From the NCBI GenBank assembly GCA_964625335.1, contig CAZVBE010000009.1:13494-77493 (forward strand): a stretch of 64,000 nucleotides of DNA. The letters are read 5' to 3'. The DNA comes from an uncultured Clostridium sp. Its GTDB lineage: Bacteria; Bacillota; Clostridia; Ch29. Below, piece by piece: positions 23,331 through 32,344 of this stretch. Both the position numbers and the translations under genes were made by a program. The notes under the pieces were generated by a model. It made no database searches and was not told the origin of the DNA. It was given only the letters and a program-made list of their open reading frames with translations. Numbering within the stretch: position 1 is the first letter of the stretch; each line of letters opens with the position of its first letter.

Positions 23331-24829
23331 AAAAATAAACTAATCCCCTGTATCTCTTCCAGTTTAAGCATCCCTTACTGACTTTAGAAACTGTGAAGCC
23401 CAAGTCCTTTTGCCGATATTTAAAATAGTTACGTTACCGATGGTTTCATGTGTTGTAGCCAGCTTACGTTTCCCTATAATCTCCCGGTCCACTTTTATTG
23501 CCCTTGCTTCATTTACAGTTGCTTTCTTCCTTTTCATAAATAAATCATAAATTCCCCCACCATTTGCTACAAAAACTCTTAATCTGGACATCTGGTCCAC
23601 TCCTTTTCTGCACCAGCCCAGGGGCCTTGAGCTTAATCTGGAAGACAGGATATGGCTAACATGACCTTCAGCACTACAGCCGGTGTAATCTAACTCATAC
23701 TGCCTTCTTATGCCTTCCCAGTTGCTTAGTATGTACCCTCTTGCTTCCTGCACAGCTCTCTTCTTTGTAACTGGCTCAGTTGTACTTATGATTGTATTAA
23801 AGAGCTCTTTTACACTATTCTTGTCACCGGCATTTATATAATCCCACATAATTGGTGTGGTGTAGCCCATATGCGCTGTAGCTTGCGTTACATACTTTGA
23901 TAAGTGATAACGGTCCAGTACGTAGATGCTTTCCTTTATCCAGCCTAGTCCATTCTTTATCCAGGGCGCACCATCACCTGATAGGTATATCTTTTCAATA
24001 CAATCCATATCATAAGCCTTATCTATGTAGTCCAAAACTTCCACCCATAGCTTGTCACTGTTTGCATAAACACCACTGAAATACCTTGCATTCGATAGCT
24101 TCCAGCGGTTTTCACCTACTTTCTTCCTGCCCTCATGCACATATACAAGCTTTGGTTCTATTGACCCTCCATCCTGAAGTGCCACATGATCTTCGTCAGC
24201 TTCTATGTAGAGTATCTTTACGGATCTTTTATCTTGCTTAATCTCTACTTCATCATTATCTACACTGCCAAGCTCACGTATACTGTTCATTACTGTCTGT
24301 GATGTAAGAGTTACTGCTTCAGAAGCTTTTTCTGCGCTTCTGCTGTAGGGCATAAATACTGCTTCTTCTATCAGTTTTGCCTTTAGTGAAGCATCAAGCT
24401 TATCATGGGCTTTTATGCCCACAGCTTCATCTGATAGATAGCTGTATTCACCGGTCTTATTATTTTCGTAATATGTTCTCTCATATCTGACTTCTCCAAA
24501 TATTGTCGTAAGGGTCTTTTTGGCTGCTTTTTCTTTTACTGTCCAGCTCCGTTTCCTGGCCTTACTGTTTTTATACGCTGCATCCAGTGTTTCCAAGGCT
24601 TCAGCCACTATTGTTACCCCAACCTCGTCTAACGTTTTCTTTGTGGCAAGGATGAATTCAGAGATGTCTTTTCCTTCTTCTATAAGACTTTTTAGCTCTT
24701 CTTCAAAGCTATCACTGATTTTTTGTATCATTTCCTGTATAATTAGTTCCATAAGAGTGTCTCCTTTTGAGTGATTTTGTGGGTCTGTTCAACTTCATGA
24801 TATCACAGGGGAGATACTCTTATTTTTTT
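23331..24829 (-). mobile_element. Insertion sequence of the ISLre2 (UPF0236) family, about 1.5 kb
   Basis: One transposase ORF flanked by imperfect terminal inverted repeats AAAAAATAA..CCCCTGT (left 23331-23356, right rc 24804-24829). The ends are approximate and the target-site duplication is not resolved. Confidence 0.7.
23364..24752 (-). CDS. ISLre2/UPF0236-family transposase
   Basis: 462-aa ORF MELIIQEMIQKISDSFEEELKSLIEEGKDISEFILATKK...YEN..., typical of UPF0236 transposases common in thermophilic Clostridia. Confidence 0.8.
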   Translation of the reverse strand: MELIIQEMIQKISDSFEEELKSLIEEGKDISEFILATKKTLDEVGVTIVAEALETLDAAYKNSKARKRSWTVKEKAAKKTLTTIFGEVRYERTYYENNKTGEYSYLSDEAVGIKAHDKLDASLKAKLIEEAVFMPYSRSAEKASEAVTLTSQTVMNSIRELGSVDNDEVEIKQDKRSVKILYIEADEDHVALQDGGSIEPKLVYVHEGRKKVGENRWKLSNARYFSGVYANSDKLWVEVLDYIDKAYDMDCIEKIYLSGDGAPWIKNGLGWIKESIYVLDRYHLSKYVTQATAHMGYTTPIMWDYINAGDKNSVKELFNTIISTTEPVTKKRAVQEARGYILSNWEGIRRQYELDYTGCSAEGHVSHILSSRLSSRPLGWCRKGVDQMSRLRVFVANGGGIYDLFMKRKKATVNEARAIKVDREIIGKRKLATTHETIGNVTILNIGKRTWASQFLKSVRDA

Positions 24830-24997
24830 GTTTTCTAATTTTTCCCCAAAGTAATTTTACACTAACGTAAATTTTTTATGCCTCTTACGGACAAAACGGC
24901 ATTTTTTCTGCCTGTATGAGTATGAATATGCTAATAATACGTTGTTAAATAAACAGATGAGGATTGACGGTAAAAGCTTTGATGTGAAGGTATAAGA

Positions 24998-25075
24998 AAC
25001 AGGGTAGGCCCTTTGGCCTACCCTGTTTTCAATATTCAAAGTCCGTTGCTTATGTATCAGGCAACGTTTTTTATT
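24998..25075. terminator. Two consecutive hairpins downstream of gdh
   Basis: acagggtaggcc-cttt-ggcctaccctgt (11-bp stem) and cgttgc-ttatgtatcag-gcaacg followed by TTTTTT. Confidence 0.7.
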
Positions 25076-26330
25076 AATACCAGCCCCTGAGTTTCATTGC
25101 AGTAGCAACTCTCTTGATTGCAATCATATAGGCAGCGGTTCTCATGTCAACGTTTTTCTCGTTCTTAAGTGCCCATATTTCTTCAAAGGCCTTCTTCATC
25201 AATACCGTTTCTTTTTCCTGTACCTCTTCAAAGGTCCAGTAATAATTTTGCAGGTTCTGTACCCACTCGAAGTAGGATACGGTAACTCCACCCGAATTTG
25301 CCAGTATATCCGGAATCAGCGGTATACCTCTTTCCTGCAGGATTTTATCCCCTTCTGGGGTAGTAGGTCCGTTTGCGCCCTCAACCACCAGCTTGGCTTT
25401 AATTTTGCCTGCTGTTTCGGAGGTTATCTGGTTTTCCATGGCGCAGGGGCACAGAATATCTACGTCCATACCCAGCACATCTTCCCTGGGTAGTTCTTTG
25501 GCAGCCCCGGGGAAGCCCTTTATCAGGTTTTTGTTACCCTTCACATATTTAACAAGGGCGGGAACATCAAGCCCGTTTTCATTGTAAAGTGTGCAGGAAA
25601 CGTCGGAAATGGCAACAACCTTGCCGCCAAACTCATTCAGGTATCTGCAGGTAAAGCTTCCAACGTTGCCAAAGCCCTGTACCGCTATTTTTGCACCTTC
25701 ATATTCCAATCCTATTTGGGCTGCAGCCGTTTTAGCCATCAGCGCAACGCCATAACCCGTTGCTTCGGTTCTTGCCAGAGAGCCACCAAATTCAACAGGC
25801 TTTCCGGTAATAGCGCCCATCTCGGTGTAACCCCTTACCTTGCTTAACTCGTCCACCATCCAGGACATAATCTGGCCGTTGGTGTTCACGTCGGGAGCGG
25901 GTATGTCTTTATTATCGCCAACAAGGTTAGATATCGCCCTTATATAGCCTCTGGACAGCCTTTCAATCTCGCCCTGGGACAGCTGGGTAGGATCCACTAT
26001 AACTCCGCCCTTGCCGCCGCCGTAGGGAAGACCTATAACGCCGCATTTGAAAGTCATCCACATTGACAAAGCCTTTACCTCATCCATTGTAACATCCTGG
26101 TGGAATCTCACGCCGCCCTTTGCCGGGCCAATCGCATCGTTGTGCTGTGCCCTGTAACCTATGAAGGTTTTTATCTCGCCATTGTCCATCCTCACAGGTA
26201 TGCACACTTCCGTCACCCTTATAGGCTGTTTGAGAATTTCATAGACAGCCGGTTCTGTCCCCAGCTTGTCGCATGCCGCTTTAATCTGCTGCTGGGAAAT
26301 TTCGAAAGGGTTCATAGTCTTTTCTGCCAT
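25074..26330 (-). CDS. gdh: Glutamate dehydrogenase (Glu/Leu/Phe/Val dehydrogenase family)
   Basis: 418-aa ORF with the GGGKGG substrate loop and the GFGNVG dinucleotide fold. An AGGAGG SD is present. Confidence 0.93.
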   Translation of the reverse strand: MAEKTMNPFEISQQQIKAACDKLGTEPAVYEILKQPIRVTEVCIPVRMDNGEIKTFIGYRAQHNDAIGPAKGGVRFHQDVTMDEVKALSMWMTFKCGVIGLPYGGGKGGVIVDPTQLSQGEIERLSRGYIRAISNLVGDNKDIPAPDVNTNGQIMSWMVDELSKVRGYTEMGAITGKPVEFGGSLARTEATGYGVALMAKTAAAQIGLEYEGAKIAVQGFGNVGSFTCRYLNEFGGKVVAISDVSCTLYNENGLDVPALVKYVKGNKNLIKGFPGAAKELPREDVLGMDVDILCPCAMENQITSETAGKIKAKLVVEGANGPTTPEGDKILQERGIPLIPDILANSGGVTVSYFEWVQNLQNYYWTFEEVQEKETVLMKKAFEEIWALKNEKNVDMRTAAYMIAIKRVATAMKLRGWY

Positions 26331-26527
26331 AATAATATGACCTCCTCATTAATATATATTGTTTAGACCTTAACACACTCCCCCTAAATTAACACATATT
26401 AGGGAATTACAAAAAAATATCAAGTATTCTTAGGAAAACCTGCCTATTATCAAATAAGCGGTCCCCTCTAACTTGAATTATAACATATTAAAAAAAATTG
26501 TAAACCTTAAAAAATTAATGCAAAATA

Positions 26528-27352
26528 TTAAAAGGAGCTCCCTTCGATTGCCAGGCTTTTAACAACAACGTTTATAGCAAGAACATTCAAAGAGGTCATT
26601 GATTCTATTTCATATTTAACAGCTTTCTTAAGCGGCGCCACCACGTCCCTAATAACCAATCCGTATACCAGCGAGGCGTCGATATTGACCACAATTCCGT
26701 GGGGATAAACAGCAATATCTACGTTGAATATTTTGTGCAGTCCCTCTATATTTTCTGCGGCGGCCCTTGTTATCTGAACTATTGCCCTTCCGTATATAGT
26801 ATACTTGCCCATGTAGCTGTAAGTGGGCCGGACCACCGTTTTTTCGTCCACCGTTACGGAATTGTCCCTTTTTTTGGTTAGTATCTTTAAAGTATCCAAA
26901 AAGTATCCTGAAAAGTCCTTCTTTACCTCAAGCGTAGGAACCGGAATCACATGCTTACCCTCTTTAAATCTTTGCCTGCAGGCCAGTTCTATTTCCTCTT
27001 CAGAAGCGATATCCTTAATATAAATCCTGTTTTGCGCGGCACCTATTTCAAGGGTCTTGGATATTTTGTCCACCATTTTGTCGGAAGTCCCCAGGATCAG
27101 TATTTTATCAGGGCTGTGGGCCTCCAGGGACTGGACTACTTCCTTCCGGTGCTGCGGGTCCATAAACAAAGCTCTTCTTACGGCAGCCACCTTGGTATGC
27201 TCCTTTTTGGCAGATGCCCCGGCTATGATTTTGTTTCCCTTTATCAGCAGCCCGTCATCTATTATATAATCAATGGAATTGGCCTTTGCCACAATCAAAG
27301 CCCTGTAACTTTTTCCTGTCCCGCTTGCTCCAACAAGGGATATGACTTCCAT
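26528..27352 (-). CDS. Fusion protein: N-terminal P-loop NTPase-like domain plus a C-terminal Asp23/Gls24 (DUF322) domain
   Basis: The ORF is 26528..27358 (TTG). The ATG at 27352 has a GGGAGG SD with better spacing. The N-terminus carries GASGTGKS, and the C-terminus ...YTIYGRAIVQITRAAAENIEGLHKIFNVDIAVYPHGIVVNID... is Asp23-like. Confidence 0.6.
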   Translation of the reverse strand: MEVISLVGASGTGKSYRALIVAKANSIDYIIDDGLLIKGNKIIAGASAKKEHTKVAAVRRALFMDPQHRKEVVQSLEAHSPDKILILGTSDKMVDKISKTLEIGAAQNRIYIKDIASEEEIELACRQRFKEGKHVIPVPTLEVKKDFSGYFLDTLKILTKKRDNSVTVDEKTVVRPTYSYMGKYTIYGRAIVQITRAAAENIEGLHKIFNVDIAVYPHGIVVNIDASLVYGLVIRDVVAPLKKAVKYEIESMTSLNVLAINVVVKSLAIEGSSF

Positions 27353-27387
27353 AGACAACCCCCTCCCATCGGAATTCCATATACGGG

Positions 27388-28038
27388 CTAATTATATGTC
27401 TCCTCATCCCTTTGGTTTATCAAATAGGCCAGCACCCTTAAGCTTTCATTCAAATGGACGTTTTCCACAATAACGTCCTCCGGGACATTCAATATGGTAG
27501 GAGCAAAGTTCCAGATAGCTTTTATCCCTGAATTAACCAGCCTTTCGGCGGTTTGCTGGGCGGCTTCCCTGGGAGTACAGATAATGCCTACGTTAATGTT
27601 TTCACTTTTGATGAAATCTTCCATTTCATCTATGTCCATGATTTTCACCGTTCCGATTCTAATACCGACCAGCCGCGGATTCAAGTCGAACAAACCCTTA
27701 AGCACAAAGCCCGACCCCCTGAAACCGCTGTAATTTGATATTGCCTGGCCTAGATTGCCCGCTCCAATTATTACTGCATTGTTCTCCTTATGAATACCCA
27801 GTATATCTGCAATCTCATCCCTTAATTCCTTTACGTTGTAGCCATAACCCTGCTGTCCGAAACCGCCGAAGCAGTTTAAATCCTGTCTTACCTGGGAGGC
27901 ATTAAGTCCTAATCCCCTGCCAAACTCCTTTGAAGAAATCCGGGTTACTCCCTTCTCAACCAACTCGCCCAAATATCTATGGTATTTAGGAAGCCTCCTA
28001 ATAACAGCCATCGATACGTTGACTTTTTGTTTGTCCAT
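27388..28038 (-). CDS. rex: Redox-sensing transcriptional repressor Rex
   Basis: 216-aa ORF ...VIRRLPKYHRYL...IIGAGNLGQAI... with a winged helix plus a Rossmann fold. A GGAGAGGAG SD is present. Confidence 0.93.
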   Translation of the reverse strand: MDKQKVNVSMAVIRRLPKYHRYLGELVEKGVTRISSKEFGRGLGLNASQVRQDLNCFGGFGQQGYGYNVKELRDEIADILGIHKENNAVIIGAGNLGQAISNYSGFRGSGFVLKGLFDLNPRLVGIRIGTVKIMDIDEMEDFIKSENINVGIICTPREAAQQTAERLVNSGIKAIWNFAPTILNVPEDVIVENVHLNESLRVLAYLINQRDEETYN

Positions 28039-28111
28039 TCTATCACTCCTCTCCGGATATTATACCACGATTGCAACTATTTATTTCCATTATGCTATTG
28101 ATTATATCAAA

Positions 28112-28129
28112 TTGTTAAATTATTATCAA
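28112..28129. promoter_or_regulatory. Candidate Rex operator
   Basis: TTGTTAAATTATTATCAA against the clostridial Rex consensus TTGTTAAnnnnTTAACAA (2 mismatches). It lies in the rex/ABC-F divergent intergenic region. Confidence 0.4.
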
Positions 28130-28187
28130 TATGAGCCTGGCAATTTATTCAGTTTCTTTTAGGGCTCCACTTTGTTATAGTATAAGG

Positions 28188-28425
28188 AAAGGGGACACAC
28201 CGTTGCTAACGGGTATTCCTTACTACGGAATGTCCCCGATTGATAAGCTTGCAGGTCAGGGACACACCGTTGCATATAAGGTCAGGGGACACACCTTCAT
28301 AGCTGGTATTCCTTTATGGCCAAGGAATGTCCCCATTAGAATTCCTTTTTACGGAATGTCCCCGATTGATAAGCTTTCGGGTCAGGGGACACACCGCCAC
28401 CGCCACCATGTCCTTTGTCAGACTA
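28188..28425 (+). repeat. Cluster of four tandem, internally rearranged copies of a palindromic element GGGGACACACC...(GG)AATGTCCCC(GATTGATAAGCTT)
   Basis: GGGGACACACC occurs at 28191, ~28258, 28286 and 28385. AATGTCCCCGATTGATAAGCTT occurs at 28229 and 28356. Related single copies lie at 34504 and 61857. Confidence 0.85.
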
Positions 28426-28439
28426 ACCACTGTAAAGGG

Positions 28440-30353
28440 GTGATTAAACTGCCTGTACTATCATGTACTAATCTTATCAAAAGTTATGGTGTGGAATCAA
28501 TATTAAATAATATTAATTTTTATATACATCCCCGCGACAGGATCGGAGTTGTTGGAAACAACGGAGCGGGCAAGTCTACTCTGTTCAGGATAATCGCAGG
28601 GATTGAGCCTCCTGATTCCGGCAGCATAAATGTGATTGGCGGCGCTACCGTAGGTTTTCTCCCGCAGCACCCCGACTTTGAACCCGACGTTAAGGTATGG
28701 GAGCATCTTGTAAAAAACTTCGCACATCTTACCCAAATGGAAAACCGGATTAGGGAGCTCGAAATCCTTATGTCCCAGGTAAACGGCCGGGAACTGAAAC
28801 AGCTTATGAAGGAATATGGAGATATTACCGAAACCTTTGCCCAAAGCGGCGGCTATGAATATAAGAGCCTGATTCGGGGAGCCCTCAGGGGCCTGGGTAT
28901 ACAGGAAAGCCAGTTCCGGATGCCCTTAGGGCTTTTAAGCGGCGGACAGCAGACCAGGGTAGCTTTGGCGGAATTGCTGCTTAGAAAACACCACCTTCTG
29001 CTTTTGGATGAACCTACAAACTATCTGGACATAGAAGCCGTGGAATGGCTGGAGGGCTTTTTATCCGAATATGACGGAGCAGTTATGATAATATCCCATG
29101 ACAGGTACTTTCTGGACAGGGTGTGCACCAGGACCTTTGAGATTAGCGACGCCAACCTGTTTGAATTCCGGGGCAACTACTCGGATTATGTTTATCAAAA
29201 ACAGGTGATGCTTGAGGTGGAAACCAGACACTATAAAGACCAGCAAAGGGAAATAAAAAGACAGCAGGAAGTCATCCGCAGGCTGAAATCCTATAACAGG
29301 CAGAAAACGGTAAAAAGGGCCAACAGCCGGGAGAAGCTTCTTTCGCGTATCCAGCCCCTGGACAAACCCGGGGAGGATACCGGGAAAGTCGATATAAGAC
29401 TGGATCCGCTTATAAAAAGCGGCAGAAATGTGCTGGCCCTTGAGGATGTTTCGATGGCTTTTTCAAAAAACCATCTATTTGACGGTGTAAACCTTAGGGT
29501 TTACCGCGGAGAAATAATAGGCATAATAGGCCCCAACGGAATTGGAAAAACCACGCTGTTTAATATTATATCCGGCAAATTGGAGCCTGCCTCCGGCAAA
29601 ATTATAAGGGGGCATAATACCAATATTGAATACTACCACCAGCAGCAGGAAAATATAAATCCTGCCAATACGGTGCTGGATGAGGTTTGGGAGCAAAACC
29701 CCGACCTAAGCAATACCGCAACCAGGAATCTACTGGCTGCCTTTTTATTCAGCGGGGATGATGTATATAAAAAAATAGACTGCCTCAGCGGCGGTGAAAA
29801 AAGCCGGGTAGCCCTTGCAAAGCTTATGCTGTCCCGTTCCAATCTGCTACTGTTGGATGAACCGACAAACCATCTTGACATACAATCAAGGGAAGTGCTG
29901 GAGGATGCCCTTATAGACTATACAGGCACTGTGCTGGTGATATCCCATGACAGGTATTTTCTTGACCGGGTTACCACAAAAACCGCACAGTTCACTCCAC
30001 AGGGTATAACCCTTTATCATGGCAACTACAGCTACTACAAAATGAAAAAACAGCAGCAGGAGGAAGCGGAAAAACAGAAACCGAGGAACACCCAAACCAA
30101 AACGGCCCTTAAACAACAGAAGAAAAAGGAAAAGGAAGAAAGGGAGCTCAAAAAGCATGAGAAGGGGAAAATACTAAGACTGGAACAGGAAATAACCCGG
30201 TATGAAGAAGAAATACTCCGCCTGGAGCACCGGATGTGTCAGCCGGAAGTATATTCCGACCCGGATGAAATAAGAAAACTTACCACCACTTCGAAGGAAC
30301 TTAAGGAAAAATTGGAGGAACTTTATAAGCGATGGGAAGAAGCTGTGGAATAG
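28440..30353 (+). CDS. ABC-F family ATPase (Uup/YdiF-like, two ABC domains plus a C-terminal coiled coil)
   Basis: The ORF is open from 28131 but the N-terminal 103 codons are the repeat cluster. The likely start is the GTG at 28440 (MIKLPVLSCTNLIKSYG...), and that start is uncertain. It has Walker A GNNGAGKST and GPNGIGKTT and two LSGG signatures. Confidence 0.85.
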   Translation: MIKLPVLSCTNLIKSYGVESILNNINFYIHPRDRIGVVGNNGAGKSTLFRIIAGIEPPDSGSINVIGGATVGFLPQHPDFEPDVKVWEHLVKNFAHLTQMENRIRELEILMSQVNGRELKQLMKEYGDITETFAQSGGYEYKSLIRGALRGLGIQESQFRMPLGLLSGGQQTRVALAELLLRKHHLLLLDEPTNYLDIEAVEWLEGFLSEYDGAVMIISHDRYFLDRVCTRTFEISDANLFEFRGNYSDYVYQKQVMLEVETRHYKDQQREIKRQQEVIRRLKSYNRQKTVKRANSREKLLSRIQPLDKPGEDTGKVDIRLDPLIKSGRNVLALEDVSMAFSKNHLFDGVNLRVYRGEIIGIIGPNGIGKTTLFNIISGKLEPASGKIIRGHNTNIEYYHQQQENINPANTVLDEVWEQNPDLSNTATRNLLAAFLFSGDDVYKKIDCLSGGEKSRVALAKLMLSRSNLLLLDEPTNHLDIQSREVLEDALIDYTGTVLVISHDRYFLDRVTTKTAQFTPQGITLYHGNYSYYKMKKQQQEEAEKQKPRNTQTKTALKQQKKKEKEERELKKHEKGKILRLEQEITRYEEEILRLEHRMCQPEVYSDPDEIRKLTTTSKELKEKLEELYKRWEEAVE

Positions 30354-30397
30354 ACAGCCGCATAACTAAAGCTCCTGTTTATGTAATGGACAGCCTG

Positions 30398-31342
30398 CTA
30401 CCGGCTGTAAAAACGGTTTTCGAATTCATGCTTAATTTTATCCGGGGACAACCCGGCAGATAAAAGGACTATCAGCTTTATCCTGGCTTTCCACGCCGAA
30501 AGGTCTTCCCCCAGTATTACTCCCAGGTTTCTAAGATGCTTTTCTCCCCCCTCGTATCCATAGGTGTCGGTCAGAAGCCTGCCCATCGGCACCCTTGAGG
30601 TCAGCACAACCGGCAGCCCCGTTTCCAGGGCTTTTTTTATGCCGTCCAGCATCCCGGGAGTCACATGACCTCCCCCCAGAGCCTCTATTACAATCCCCGC
30701 CGCACCCTTTTCCATACTGCTGTATATCATACTTGAATCGGCACCTATATAGCTGTTTATTATGTCTACCCTTTTATCGGCAGCAACTGCTGCATATTTG
30801 GCCGCCATAACAGGCATTCTGTACCAGATAACCCTGTCATTGTTTATAACGCCAAGCGGCCCGAATTCCAGGCTCTTAAATGTATCTACCCGGGATCTGT
30901 GGAATTTCGTGGCCTCCCTGGCGGCAATAATCTCAGACGCAAATACTATGACGACCCCCATACCGTGGGTTCTGTCGTCCGCCGCGGTGAGTATGGCATC
31001 CGACAGATTGACCGGCCCGTCCGGGCTGATCAATGAAGGATTTCTCTGGGCGCCTGTTAAAACCACAGATATGTCCCCACGGAAGGTAATATCTATAAAA
31101 TATGCCGTTTCTTCCATTGTATCGGTACCATGGGTTATAACCACCCCCGAGAAACCTTTGTCTTCCAGTTGCCCGATAAAATTATTAAGCTGTATAAGGT
31201 CATCCATGGTTAGATATGAACTGGGAACATTCCTGAACGAAAAAACCTCAACGGCAGCCCTGTCCTTCAGCGAAGGTATTGCAGCCATAAGTTCTTTGCC
31301 GTCAAGGACAGGGTTTACGAGCCCCGTATGATTGGCCTTCAT
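30398..31342 (-). CDS. ansA: L-asparaginase, type I
   Basis: 314-aa ORF with the ITHGTDTMEETA threonine active-site motif and a GGAGG SD. Confidence 0.9.
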   Translation of the reverse strand: MKANHTGLVNPVLDGKELMAAIPSLKDRAAVEVFSFRNVPSSYLTMDDLIQLNNFIGQLEDKGFSGVVITHGTDTMEETAYFIDITFRGDISVVLTGAQRNPSLISPDGPVNLSDAILTAADDRTHGMGVVIVFASEIIAAREATKFHRSRVDTFKSLEFGPLGVINNDRVIWYRMPVMAAKYAAVAADKRVDIINSYIGADSSMIYSSMEKGAAGIVIEALGGGHVTPGMLDGIKKALETGLPVVLTSRVPMGRLLTDTYGYEGGEKHLRNLGVILGEDLSAWKARIKLIVLLSAGLSPDKIKHEFENRFYSR

Positions 31343-31477
31343 GGCAATGGTGCCTCCTGTGGTAACTACAGCAATTTTTTTTATAACAAACGCCCCCCGT
31401 TAAGACATTATTTATCGTCAAATCAACCCGGTGGAAGCCGGGTTCATAATTCCATGTTATGCTCTGCCCATTCTTCT

Positions 31478-32137
31478 CTATTCCCTGGGCATTTTTTCCA
31501 CGTTCATCCTCGAATTTCTGATATGTTCCACCATAACCCTTTCTCCCGTTTCGATATCCCTGTCCTTAAAGGCCTCAACTATCGACTTGTGTTCCTTGAG
31601 CGATTGTTTTGCCCTGCCCGGAGTTTTCAGCGAAGCAAGGCGTATGTTCTCAATATAATACTGGAAATCGCTTAACACCTGCTTTAACGGTCTGCTGTTG
31701 GTTGAATTAAATATTATGTCATGGAACTGCGAATTCAACCGGCCTACCTGGTCAAGGTCACCCTTGCCCGTGTAGAACTCCATCAGTTCACATATATCCT
31801 CCAGTTCCTTCAGGGCTTCTTTGTCCATTCTTTCAATTGCCCAACGGGCTGCCAGGCCTTCCAGGGACTCCCGTATCGCATATATATCCTCAATGTCCTG
31901 TCTGGAAATACCCTCCACAAATACTCCCTTATTGGGAATACATGATACAAGGCCCTCCAGCTCCAGCTGCCTTACAGCTTCCCGCACAGGCGTCCGGCTG
32001 ACACCCATCTCTTCGGCCAGTTTCAATTCAACAAGACTGTCTCCTTCTTTGTACCTGCCATCCAGAATATCCTGACGAAGCTTATGAAAAATCTTTTCCC
32101 GCAGAGAATATCCGCCCCGGCTAACCTCTTTTTTCAT
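31478..32137 (-). CDS. GntR-family (FadR-type C-terminal domain) transcriptional regulator
   Basis: ORF 31478..32194. The start is placed at the ATG at 32137 (MKKEVSRGGYSLREKIFHKLRQDILDG...). The HTH is LAEEMGVSRTPVREA. Confidence 0.8.
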   Translation of the reverse strand: MKKEVSRGGYSLREKIFHKLRQDILDGRYKEGDSLVELKLAEEMGVSRTPVREAVRQLELEGLVSCIPNKGVFVEGISRQDIEDIYAIRESLEGLAARWAIERMDKEALKELEDICELMEFYTGKGDLDQVGRLNSQFHDIIFNSTNSRPLKQVLSDFQYYIENIRLASLKTPGRAKQSLKEHKSIVEAFKDRDIETGERVMVEHIRNSRMNVEKMPRE

Positions 32138-32205
32138 GGCTGCATCGATAACCTCCTTTATTATTATTGTATACAGTATAGAAAATAATGTCAATGGAAC
32201 TCCCT

Positions 32206-32263
32206 AGATTGTCAACCTTAATAATTTTTATGGTTGACAATCTCCCGTTTTGTACCTATAATT
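32206..32263 (+). promoter_or_regulatory. BirA operator (bioO) overlapping a perfect sigma-A promoter for bioY
   Basis: AGATTGTCAACC-N14-GGTTGACAATCT is a 12-bp perfect inverted repeat. Its right half supplies TTGACA (32235-32240), followed by a 17-bp spacer and TATAAT (32258-32263). Confidence 0.8.
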
Positions 32264-32344
32264 AAAAAGTAAGCCCAACCACCGCACCGGAATTCAAAGG
32301 ATTATGTCGAAACAACCAACATCGGTTAAGGAGGAATGCATATA

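Noticed and set aside
28131-28439. In-frame N-terminal extension of the ABC-F ORF (ATG at 28131), and the possibility that the tandem repeats there form a CRISPR array.
   Set aside because: The extension has no SD. It consists wholly of the GGGGACACACC/ATGTCCCC repeat modules, and ABC-F proteins begin near the Walker A region, so the conserved N-terminus starts at ~28440. The repeats have irregular spacing, no unique spacers and no cas genes, so it is not CRISPR.
31437-31458. Hairpin aacccgg-tggaag-ccgggtt between the GntR gene and ansA as a terminator or attenuator.
   Set aside because: There is no U-tract on either strand, so the function cannot be assigned.
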